DNA from: Octopus sinensis
Taxonomy: Eukaryota
Reading direction: 5' to 3'
Assembly (NCBI RefSeq): GCF_006345805.1
Contig: NC_043001.1
Coordinates: 111,538,001 to 111,602,000, forward strand
DNA length: 64,000 bases
This document shows, piece after piece, positions 12,771-23,640 of the stretch; position 1 is the first letter of the stretch, and each line of letters starts with the position of its first letter. The notes beneath the pieces are model-generated. The model was not told where the DNA came from. It worked only from the letters and a program-made list of their open reading frames with translations, and did no database searches. The position numbers and the translations under genes were made by a program.

Positions 12771-13466
12771 TTACAAGATTTAATCTGCCAGATATACGAA
12801 AATCTCTAAACAAGCAAACTGATATTCCTGACTTCAGTGGAGCAAGTCAGAAATTTAAAAATTAAGTTTACTCAATGGGAGTCAATGCGCTTGGTTTTAT
12901 ACTGAAGGAACATATACCGAAGTACTCATTTGATGACAACGATCCAACTATCAGCCGACCACTGAAAATTATACAAGATCTTCATGAATTGATCTTGAGT
13001 CATTGTCCTTCGCTACAGCATATTACAGTGATCACTTACAAGAAATATAAGAAACACGAAGCTATATATTATATACATATGTATACACATCTATACATCA
13101 TTATATATGCTTAAATATGTGGAAGTTGCGTATTGTTTAGTACATATATACAAATATCCTGGTATATATTTAGTCAGATAACTTAGAATAATTTTTAACT
13201 AAATGAGCTGTCACTCACACAACAAAAAAAAACAGAAAAAAACTAGAAAGTCCTACTAAACCAGTATAGCTCGCCATTTTCATATTTACTGTCTAACATC
13301 TTATATTAGAAATTTATGACATAGCGATATCACTTAGATCCGTATTAGCTACAACAGCGTCTCTTGGCCAATAATACCAGAGATGCAATGCAGTAAATGT
13401 ACATATCTACCTACATGCGAAAAACCATAAATTGAAAGGTGCAGTTTGCCATGCAAACACACACAG

Positions 13467-13539
<73 letters not shown>

Positions 13540-13632
13540 GATAGATAGATATAGATATATATATATATTAATTTCATGTACATATTCATTTATGTATGCA
13601 TATATAAATACATTCACAAACACACACATATC

Positions 13633-13664
<32 letters not shown>

Positions 13665-14080
13665 CATACACTGAAATTGATAGACACAGAGACACAGTGA
13701 GGAGAAAAGAGAGCGATACAAAGTGGGAAAGAGAAATATAGAGAGACACGAATGGAAAAACTGATATCAACTTAGAGAAGGAAACATAAGAAGCAGCAGT
13801 GGAAGCCATCAGAAGAAATAAGTAAATAGAATATAGAATATAGCAATGAAAATAAAACAATCGAAATCAGTTGTATAAAGAATACAGAAAGTTTGAAATA
13901 TAAAAATGATTCGATAGCAAAAAGTGTACACGTGGTGGAGAGAAGCAAATAAGAAAAGTAAAGAAGGAAATTGTTTGGACAGAGGGTACAAGAAATATCT
14001 ACATGCATGTACGCATGCGTATGTGCATATACATACATAGGCATATGTTTAGATGTAAATACATATATATTCGCGCAAAT

Positions 14081-14114
<34 letters not shown>

Positions 14115-15589
14115 GTACACACGGAGGCAGGGTACGTGATTAATGGAATGTATGTATTTAAACGGTACGATCCAATTTGTGATAAAATTCTGTAGAAAAA
14201 TACCAGAAAATATGAAAAAAAGCTATCAAGTCAAGTTTAACTAGGATTAGCATCATTGCTAAATTAAGTAACAGTTGCCTATTGGGGTCGAGTTCGCATC
14301 AGGAATATTGCAAAGCAAATAAAAAAATGGATTATACATTGATTAATAAAAATATGCAAAGTATCATCTGCGAAAGTTAGGTAGAAGAATGCTTAGCCGA
14401 AGTATGTCACGGTGTGTCTTGCAAAGAATCAGGCAGGGAAATGAAGATGTGTACTTAAGCCAGAAGAAGAGGTGAAACAGTAGACGAGAAAACATATTGA
14501 TGTCGTTATACAAGGTAAAGAAGCATTTTTTAGAACAATATGGATATGTGTCGTATTCGGAATTAATATGTAGCTGTCACGCTCGGGTATGTGCAAAGAG
14601 AGGCAGCTCGTCACGTCATAAGAGGGAAATGTGTTTTTTGAGTCGCAGAGTTACAGGAAGTCTGCATGTTGTCTAAACTATATAGTTTGATAGATATTTA
14701 AGCAACGATTCATATTATAATACGAATCTATTCAAGGTATTCAGGGACTTTTCTTTATTAATATGTTTTAATCGATTTTAAATCCACTGGATTTAAAACA
14801 GTCCCATTATACAAGTATAATTGACAGGGAATCATTCTTCGAAGATATGAAGTTTGAACTTAAACATCAGATATTGAACGATAAGTATGAGAATAAAATA
14901 TTTATCTTGTGTTTCTGATTAAGTATTTTATTCGTCTCTGTAAATGTATTCTCAAAGTAGCATACAAAATTATATCTAAAGATAAAAGATAATATATCTC
15001 AAATAAATCATTCAACTTGATAGATTAACATTACATTATACATCAGATTACATCTTATAATATTAGATTATATTTTATTATATTATAAACAAATAACATT
15101 GACATCAACCTAATCTTTAAACATGAACATACGATGCATAACTATCGACATATTTAAATCCCGAAACATTATTTGTCCACAGGTCTGATATAGAAAACAA
15201 GTGAATGGTCATTTCCTGAAAGGTCACTTTATAAATAGTAAAACGAGAACCAAGGAGATATCGTAAAATCAATGGAATTACAAGTATAGTTTGGAAATGG
15301 TAAATACATATGTTAATCTTACTGTTAAAAATCAGCAGCGTTTATGTAAAGGCTTGAGTATACCAAAATATATTTGTTTATTCGCACCTATAATAAATAA
15401 TGGAACATTACAAAAAATTTCCATTTCAAATTATTGCTGCAGATCAAGAGATACAGCTTTCGCTCACCACCTATAGAGTTCATCAGCTAACTTCTTTTCT
15501 ATTTTATTTCTCCATGACCATTTGCTAAACTTGTTTAACTACTCTTTTCAGGATCTTCTATTTACAGAGGGGTTTGCCCATAAATTACC

Positions 15590-16000
15590 TATTTCTTTAC
15601 TGCCCACAAGGGGCTAAACACAGGGAGGACAAACAAGGACAGACAAACGGATTAAGTCGATTATATCGACCCCAGTGCGTAACTGGTACTTATTTAATCG
15701 ACCCCGAAAGAATGAAAGGCAAAGTCGACCAGCGGCGGAATTTGAACTCAGAATGTAGCGGCAGACGAAATACTTGTTTCTTTACTAACCACAATGGGCT
15801 AAACATAGAGTGGACAAGCAATGACAGACAAAGGGATTAATTCGATTACATCGACCCAGTGCGTAACTGGTACTTAATTTATCGAATCCGTAAAAATGAA
15901 AGGCAAAGTCGACCTCGGCGGAAGTTGAACTCAGAACGTAGCGGCGGACTTTCGCTAAGCATTTCGCCTGACGTGCTAACGATTCCGCCAGCTCGCCGCC
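15590..16000 (-). mobile_element. Dimeric SINE family B with a 17-bp target-site duplication
   Basis: TTTGCCCATAAATTACC at 15573-15589 and 16001-16017; two tandem bodies, one head. Confidence 0.9.
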
Positions 16001-16714
16001 TTTGCCCATAAATTACCGTACTAATGAAAGATACAGTATCAAAATGTCGGTTTGTCAATTTATATAACCGAACCACTTATAACTTTGACCACTTCACGTT
16101 TTATTGTCATTTTATAGAAGTAAAATTATTTAATTTTTAAAAAGTTAAAGAATAGAACTTAACTATTAAATACTCTGCAGCTTCGTATGTCTGGTGAACA
16201 GATTAAACTGACTGTCTGTAAATGGTTTTAAATTCCTATGTCATAATGGTTATAATTAAATACAACTACTCAAAGGAAAATAATTTTTTGTATTTTCTTA
16301 ATGTGGTGTATTTGTAATTTCTCAAGGGAGAGCAAAATAAACCGACTTTATGCAAATTATTCGGAATTTACACCAACCGGTTTTTAACAAATTCTAACGA
16401 AAACATTGAAAAAGCACTTCAAATTATAAAATTCCAGTTCGATACCGAGGATTTCTTGGGGAGATCTCGAGATATATTTATGTAGTTTTGTGACGAAAAT
16501 AAGAGTAATGCTTTGTTTGTTCACAACACGTAATACATAAGTCAAAAACTACAACTTTCTTGAGGCGTACTTAATAATTTTCACATGAGGAGGACATCAC
16601 AAGCACAGTCAAGCACAGTGTGGGGTCTTACATAACTGATGTTGATGAAGAAATGGCAATGATAGTGAAATGCAATAATAGTATACCATAGTATAAAAAT
16701 TATGTGATAGCAGG

Positions 16715-16790
16715 ATGATTCAGTGTTCCGGAGCACTGGAGAACAGCCGGTTCGAGATAAACTGTACAGGAACGGAAGCGCTCTACTATT
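16715..16790 (+). mobile_element. Tiny Tx1-like remnant
   Basis: Translates GEQPVRDKLYRNGS, matching GAVPVRDKFY of the 11.3-kb element. Confidence 0.4.
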
Positions 16791-17194
16791 TATTTTCTTT
16801 TAAGTCCATCCCCTACTGCCTCTCAGTTTTTCTTTAGCTTCTTCGAGTAGCAACCCAGCGTTTCAACGAGAGTAGATTAATGAGAATGTCTGTATCAGCA
16901 ATTCGCTGCTTCCTGTTTCGGAAACTCAAACGCATTTAGTGTTTCATGATAACCTTTCTCAGAGCGCAAAATAGTCCATTTAAAAGGAAAGAGACAGAAA
17001 GAATAATTACTCACAACATTTTAATCGTTTGTTTTATATATAAAGAACTGAAGAATAACAGAAGAAATTTCACGACTGTTTAATATGAAATTAATGGGCA
17101 GCGAAACTGAGTAACTTCAGCAAAGTATTCCATGTGAATATCAGCATGAGTGCTGGTGTCCACGTTCATATATTATATACGCATTCTGTTATTC

Positions 17195-17478
17195 TTTTAT
17201 TCCTCTACTTATTTCAGTCACTTGACTGCAGCCATGTTGGGGAACCGCCTTGAAGATTTTTTGTTTTCTTGTTGAACGAATCCACACTGGTACTAACTTT
17301 TTTAAACTGGTGCTTCTTCTACACGTCTTTAAACGGACCGATAGGTTACGAAGTCGTAAACACCCCTAAAACCGGTTGTTGGGGATTAGCAGTGGTTGGG
17401 AAGAAACAAAGACCTAAAGACACCCATATATATGTATATATACACTCACACATTCATGCATCATACTCACATTCTTTA

Positions 17479-17523
<45 letters not shown>

Positions 17524-17690
17524 ATATCTGAACGACGGGCTTCTTTCATTTCCGTCTACTAAATCCGCTTACAAGGTTTTGGTCGGACCGAGGTTATAGT
17601 AGGAGACACTTTCTACTATAGGATTTGCCACACAGTGAGACGGAACTCCGAAATATGTGGTTGCGCAGCAAACTTCCTTCCCCACAGCTT
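17195..17690 (-). mobile_element. SINE family A, degenerate
   Basis: tttcagtca.ttgactgc.gccatg tail and ggtcggaccgaggttatagtag core. Confidence 0.75.
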
Positions 17691-17699
17691 TTTCTCAGA

Positions 17700-17718
17700 G
17701 AAACACACACACACACAC

Positions 17719-17773
<55 letters not shown>

Positions 17774-17783
17774 CGTACATACA

Positions 17784-17815
<32 letters not shown>

Positions 17816-17891
17816 CATATATATAAATGTACATATATAAATATATATATATATATGTATATATAAATATATATAAATATATAATATATAA

Positions 17892-17937
<46 letters not shown>

Positions 17938-17960
17938 ATATATATATATATATATATATT
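17700..17960. repeat. (CA)(GATA)(CATA)(TA) compound microsatellite
   Basis: Seen directly. Confidence 0.95.
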
Positions 17961-18062
17961 GGGCAGCTCGCTTAGCCAGCGGGGTGGCGTCATTCGAAGG
18001 CTAAACCAATGCGAACGCATTGTGACCAGCGATGTGTAGCAACATCTGATGGTCTGGTCGAT

Positions 18063-18068
<6 letters not shown>
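17961..18068. mobile_element. Short GC-rich structured insert of unknown family between (TA)n arrays
   Basis: 108-bp island with nested inverted repeats, flanked by (TA)n on both sides. Confidence 0.45.
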
Positions 18069-18121
<53 letters not shown>

Positions 18122-18145
18122 CATATATACATACATATATTATAC

Positions 18146-18208
<63 letters not shown>

Positions 18209-18669
18209 GCGTACAATTATGTATACGTAATTAAATATATGCATGCGTGTGTGTGTTTTCATATCAACTTCCGCTCTCGCTCTCTATGTCTCACATACAC
18301 AGATGGAGACGCTGAACAATGTTTTAACACAAGTAATTGAGTATGATAATTTAATCTATTAGCTACAGAATGCAATCTGAACTAAGTACTACATCGTGAG
18401 ATGTTAAATAACATTCAACACACAAACCTTCTAAGGAGATACTTCTAAGGAATTATTTCACTGGAATATCTCCCGAGGCGTTTATTACAATTAACTGAAC
18501 TACTCTCCGTTGTATTAATCTGTCAACAATATGAACAAAGTCTCAAAACTAATCAATAATAGGAACCATATTAATAATAGTAATAAAATGAACATCATTT
18601 CAATTACCCTCATTGACATCAGCAGCAGAGGTAGCAGCATTATTGCTCTCAACATTATCGTCATCATCG

Positions 18670-18702
<33 letters not shown>

Positions 18703-19546
18703 CCGCTGTCCTATCTTCGCAATCAATAAACAGAGAAGGCAAATACAGTAACAACAACAAAATTGATACACCAATAATAATAAAGCTGAAATTTAAGTAT
18801 TTCAGTCGTATCTATTTTTACCAAGATGATCTGGGGCGGACACAATCACATTAAAAGGAAGAAATGTCGCTTCCTGTTATGTTTTACTGAATATTTAGTG
18901 GAAATTACGATATTGGAAGTTCGTAATTTATCGCCATTTATATTTGAATTCAATTAGGAGTAATATACTTTTGACAGATTAAGTTTTTGTTATGGGGAAA
19001 TGTTATGATTTGTGCTTATAGAAAGAATTAAAAGATTCAATCTGATTTATTATTACCTTCTACTTTTTCCTGCTTAACATCAATCCACTTTTAGCAGGCC
19101 ACACCTACAACCAATGTGGTAACTTCAATTAACAGACTAGTTTTATTTTTTATAAAAGTATATGTAGGTCTCACATACATACCTCTAATCCCCCTATATG
19201 TATATGAATATATATTTATATCTATATCTATCCATCTATCAATGTATTTATCTATCTTTCTATCTGTCTCATTATCTACTATGTGTGTGTGTGTGTGTGT
19301 ATGTGTAAGAGTATATATATTATTATTTTTATATAATTATATATAGTCATATTAATTATTACCTATTTGGTTCATTACATGCTAGCTACTTGATAAAATC
19401 TTATAAAGATTCTATCCTTGATTATTAATATGTGTGTGTGTGTGTTTATGTATATGTATATATATATATATGTATATAGTTATATGTATGTATGTATCTA
19501 TATATATATAGTTAAGTATTTATGTATACATTGTGTGTGTGTCGTA

Positions 19547-19910
19547 GAGATGCAATTGCCCATTGGTTCAGGCAGTAGACTCGCGGTCGAAGGATTTTGG
19601 TTTCGATCTCTAGACCGAGCGTTTGGAGTGTTTATTGAGCGAAAACACCTGAAGCTCTACGAGGCCCCGGCAGTGGGGTTGTGGCAAAACCTGCTGTACT
19701 CTCTCACCACAACATTCTCTCAAACTTTCATCTTGTTTCTGTTGTACCTGTATTTCAGTGTCAGCCTTGTCACACTAAATCTCCCCGAGAACTACGTTAA
19801 GGATACACGTGACTGTGGAGTGCTCTGCCACTTACACGCTAATTTCATGATCACGTTATTCTGTTGATGGGATCAACTGGAACAATTGTCGTCGCAACCG
19901 ACGGAGACCC
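19547..19910 (+). mobile_element. tRNA-derived SINE family E
   Basis: tRNA-like head (GCAATTGCCC..TGGTT..GACTCGCGGTCG..GTTTCGAT); 3' tail shared with 41600-41956 and 57974-58298. Confidence 0.8.
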
Positions 19911-20050
19911 ACATCCATATATATGCCTACACGTATGCATTTCTATGTACGTGTATATAAAGAGAGATATGGAGGATATATATATAATAATATAATACAC
20001 ACATACATACACACACACACACGCATAAAGATATATATATATATATATAC

Positions 20051-20100
<50 letters not shown>

Positions 20101-20405
20101 TCACGTCCATTGTCCGGAAAACTTTCGTCACACATCTGTGACCTCTTCAGCAATACTTTCCGTTGTCGTGTGTGCTCTTGCTCTGCTTATTCCATTTGTT
20201 CTTCTATGGGGAGTATCATTATATGCGCATGCGTCTGTGTGTGTGTGCCCTTATTCTTCGTTGTACTACGACTCCCTTCCTCTGTCCCGTCCCCGACCAC
20301 ATTGCCACTGCTGCTGCCCTTGTTCTCGACTTTAAGTATCGTTCTCATAAACGTTGGCGATTTTTTTCCTCTGTCTTCCTTTCTCTGGATCTTTCCTTCT
20401 CCTAT

Positions 20406-20440
20406 GTTTCCGACGAAGAGCTCCGCTCGAAACGTTATAC
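20406..20440 (+). ncRNA. Minimal type-I hammerhead-like motif, CCGACGA core
   Basis: GTTT-CCGACGA-a-GAGC tcc GCTC-GAAA-C-GTT-ATAC; one stem I mismatch. Confidence 0.5.
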
Positions 20441-20531
20441 CCTCTTTCTTTCCTTCTTTCCTGAGCGTCCAATAATACTATATTGTTCTACGTCCTCGCG
20501 TTGTGTTTTTTTTCTGCTTTCTTGTTTGGAT

Positions 20532-20572
<41 letters not shown>

Positions 20573-20877
20573 TCACGTTCATTGTCCGGAAAACTTTCGT
20601 CACACATCTGTGACCTCTTCAGCAATACTTTCCGTTGTCGTGTGTGCTCTTGCTCTGCTTATTCCATTTGTTCTTCTATGGGGAGTATCATTATATGCGC
20701 ATGCGTCTGTGTGTGTGTGCCCTTATTCTTCGTTGTACTACGACTCCCTTCCTCTGTCCCGTCCCCGACCACATTGCCACTGCTGCTGCCCTTGTTCTCG
20801 ACTTTAAGTATCGTTCTCATAAACGTTGGCGATTTTTTTCCTCTGTCTTCCTTTCTCTGGATCTTTCCTTCTCCTAT

Positions 20878-20912
20878 GTTTCCGACGAAGAGCTCCGCTC
20901 GAAACGTTATAC
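20878..20912 (+). ncRNA. Second copy of the CCGACGA hammerhead-like motif
   Basis: Identical to 20406-20440, offset 472 bp. Confidence 0.5.
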
Positions 20913-21004
20913 CCTCTTTCTTTCCTTCTTTCCTGAGCGTCCAATAATACTATATTTGTTCTACGTCCTCGCGTTGTGTTTTTTTTCTGCTTTCTTGTTT
21001 GGAT

Positions 21005-21050
<46 letters not shown>

Positions 21051-21539
21051 TATGCTACTTCATGTTTCCTAGCGTCTTGCCTTCGTTTATTTTGCATGAA
21101 TCAAGCAACTGCTCAGTTTATACTTAATGTAAAAATTGCTAGTGAGTGGCTAGCGTTCTTTGGTTTACTACAATAAACTTTTCCATTTCTCGCCTGTTAT
21201 TTTCAAGCTTGTGAGACATTTCTAGATCTATTCCTAGTTTAAATCATTTTACATTTGTACAGGTGTTTGTTTGCTGTATTGTATATGTGCGTGTGTGTGT
21301 ATGCGTGTGTATAAGAAGAAAAAAAGTGATTTAAGAAATCCTTTTTAGTTAAATGTTAACTAATTTTATATCGCTATGATATATGCGTGAAAATGTGCTT
21401 TCGGAAATAATAATTTCATCGATATTTTCTACATCTAGATATGTTGACATAATAGAAACATTTGCCGGCTTTATAACGTGAATTCTACAATTAAAGTTGT
21501 GATTTTATCTACATGTACTACATATTTTTGTAATACATA

Positions 21540-21744
<205 letters not shown>

Positions 21745-22007
21745 CAGAGTAAGCACATAACTGCGAAACCATAGGTAGAGTAATGTGTTTTATTAAAAGG
21801 CAGCAAAAATACCACAAAAATCTGTTACTCCGACAATTTTGTTTAAAATGGAGTAAGATAAAAGTTATGTACAGAAATATTTCTGCATATAACTTTATCT
21901 TCTAAACAAAACTGTTCGACGAACGGAAACTTGAAACTCAGAGTAACAATTTTTGTGATATTTCTGCTCCTTTTTAATACAGTATATATTTTATATATAT
22001 ATAAATA

Positions 22008-22165
22008 CTTTATTTAAAGCAGCAGAAAATTCAACAAAACCTGTTACTCTGAGTTTCCCGTTGCCGTTCGTCGGACAGTTTTTGCTAGCAAAAACTGTCC
22101 AGCGAACGGCAACGGGAAACTCAGAGTAACAGGTTTTGTTGAATTTTCTGCTGCTTTAAATAAAG
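22008..22165. repeat. 158-bp spacer-less palindrome centred on GCT|AGC
   Basis: 79-bp arms differ only at TC versus CT. Confidence 0.95.
22041..22078 (-). ncRNA. Type-I hammerhead-like motif, CCGACGA core, GUA cleavage triplet
   Basis: CTGT-CCGACGA-aCG GCAA CGg-GAAA-CTC a GAG-TA-ACAG; stems I and III pair; stem II is short with a GNRA loop. Confidence 0.5.
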
Positions 22166-22670
22166 CATATTACTCAACCATGGGTATTTGAGTACTCTTT
22201 TCTCCACCTTGTTTCACATTTATGTGTTTACTCCGGTATATATTTATATATATACATATATATACACACACATATATATTCCTATACATATATATGTGTG
22301 TGGGTGGGTGTATATTTGTACATACACGTATATATGTGTGTATGTATTTACGTGTGTATACACATAGAATTTTCTGGTTGCTTCGTCTGATGAAATATCA
22401 TTTCAGCCTCCTTACTAATCTATGGTAGCTCTAATTATATTATGTCCTAAATAAGATGTCTTTATACAACTGAAATAACATTCATCACAGATTGTTCACT
22501 TTCAGTGATCGGAACAGAAATCAACATTGTGTCAATTAGTCTGAACAAAACCATACATCGATTGACCTACATACCTATCACGTTATCAACACGTAGTTAT
22601 GTACTTGTTTGTCAACAAATGTCGGGTCGTATACGTTACTTCGACCTCGTAGAAATAGTGGAATATTTAA

Positions 22671-22889
22671 GGCGAGCTGGCAGAAACGTTAGAACTCCGG
22701 GCGAAATGCTTAGCGGCTTTTCGTCTGCCGTTACGTTCTGATTTCAAATTCCGCCGAGGTCGACTTTCCTTTCATCCTTTCGGAGTCGATAAATTAAGTA
22801 CTAGTTACGCACTGGGGTCGATGTAATCGACTTAATCCGTTCGTCTGTCCTTGTTTGTCCCCTCTATTGTGGGCAATAAAGAACTAAGT
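22671..22889 (+). mobile_element. SINE family B with a 15-bp target-site duplication
   Basis: AATAGTGGAATATTT at 22654-22668 and 22890-22904. Confidence 0.92.
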
Positions 22890-23444
22890 AATAGTGGAAT
22901 ATTTTCCGTCTAAATCATACAGTATTTTCTAATATTTAAAAATTACATATAATGTAGACCTAGATTAATACAGATTAATTGTGAAATGTTAGAAACTCTG
23001 CTAAGCTTATCACTTAATGGAAACAACCTCGAAGTTTAGTTGTAAGCGATCGTAGCTTTATAAACAAGAAATGCCACTTGGAGAACAATAATACGAACAA
23101 TCAAAGCAAGGCAATGACTAGGTAGCGGCAAGTGGCTTTTCATATATTTGAATTTCCTAGACCCTTCTGTATCCAAAGCTATCCTTATATTTATATCTCT
23201 GGCATCACCCCTTTTGCTTATTGTCCTAAATATTCTGGCGACTGCAACATCATATTCTCGTTGCAATTTAGACGTCAAACATTACTTAAAAATTTGAACT
23301 ATTTGGGGCTTTTTTTGTTTGTTTTACTTTCTGGTGACATTAATCCCAAAACTAGTATCAATATTCTGCTGACTTTTATGGGCAACACATTACATCTTGT
23401 TTAAACAAACATGCACAGCTTAGGAAAATGAGCCAAGAAATATT

Positions 23445-23640
23445 GATTACAAATTTTGGCACAAGGCCCACAATATCGAGGGAATGGTTCAGTCGAGGAC
23501 ATCGATCCCAGCGCTAAACTGGTAATTACTTTATCGACTCCAAAAGGACTAAAAACAACGATTTGAACTCAGAACGTAAATACGTATGAAATGTCGCAAA
23601 GTATTTTGCTCGGTGTGCTAATAATTGTGCCAGCTAACCA
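23445..23640 (-). mobile_element. SINE family B, degenerate
   Basis: ggtaattactttatcgactccaaaagga..gatttgaactcagaacgtaa. Confidence 0.6.

Larger units (their letters stand above)
20100..21045. repeat. 472-bp near-identical tandem duplication of a Penelope-type repeat, units separated by (TA)n
   Basis: Units start at about 20100 and 20572 and differ by about 2 nt plus (TA)n length; diverged inverted homolog at about 27610-27890. Confidence 0.9.
21742..22240. mobile_element. Cluster of Penelope-type pseudo-LTR fragments in alternating orientation
   Basis: Related segments at about 21742-21830 (-), 21905-21980 (+), 22008-22086 (-) and 22087-22240 (+); three of the four carry the hammerhead-like motif. 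Confidence 0.65.

Noticed and set aside
15310-15490. Minus-frame peptide LYRW*..FEMEIFCNVPLFIIG..QI..R..FL faintly recalling RABL3-like GTPases
   Set aside because: Three stops in about 57 codons, no P-loop or other G-box nearby, and resemblance at chance level.
16171-16210. LRMSGEQIKLTV, PDZ-like ending
   Set aside because: Only 37 nt, with no partner exons.
20100-21045. CRISPR-like or other spacer array reading of the duplicated units
   Set aside because: Eukaryotic context, only two long identical units, and no repeat-spacer pattern.
23036-23278. 80-aa minus ORF weakly resembling an RTE RT C-terminus
   Set aside because: No diagnostic residues; cannot be supported without an HMM search.
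23320-23350. LLSGDINPK resembling a 2A ribosome-skip peptide
   Set aside because: Lacks the D(V/I)ExNPGP core.
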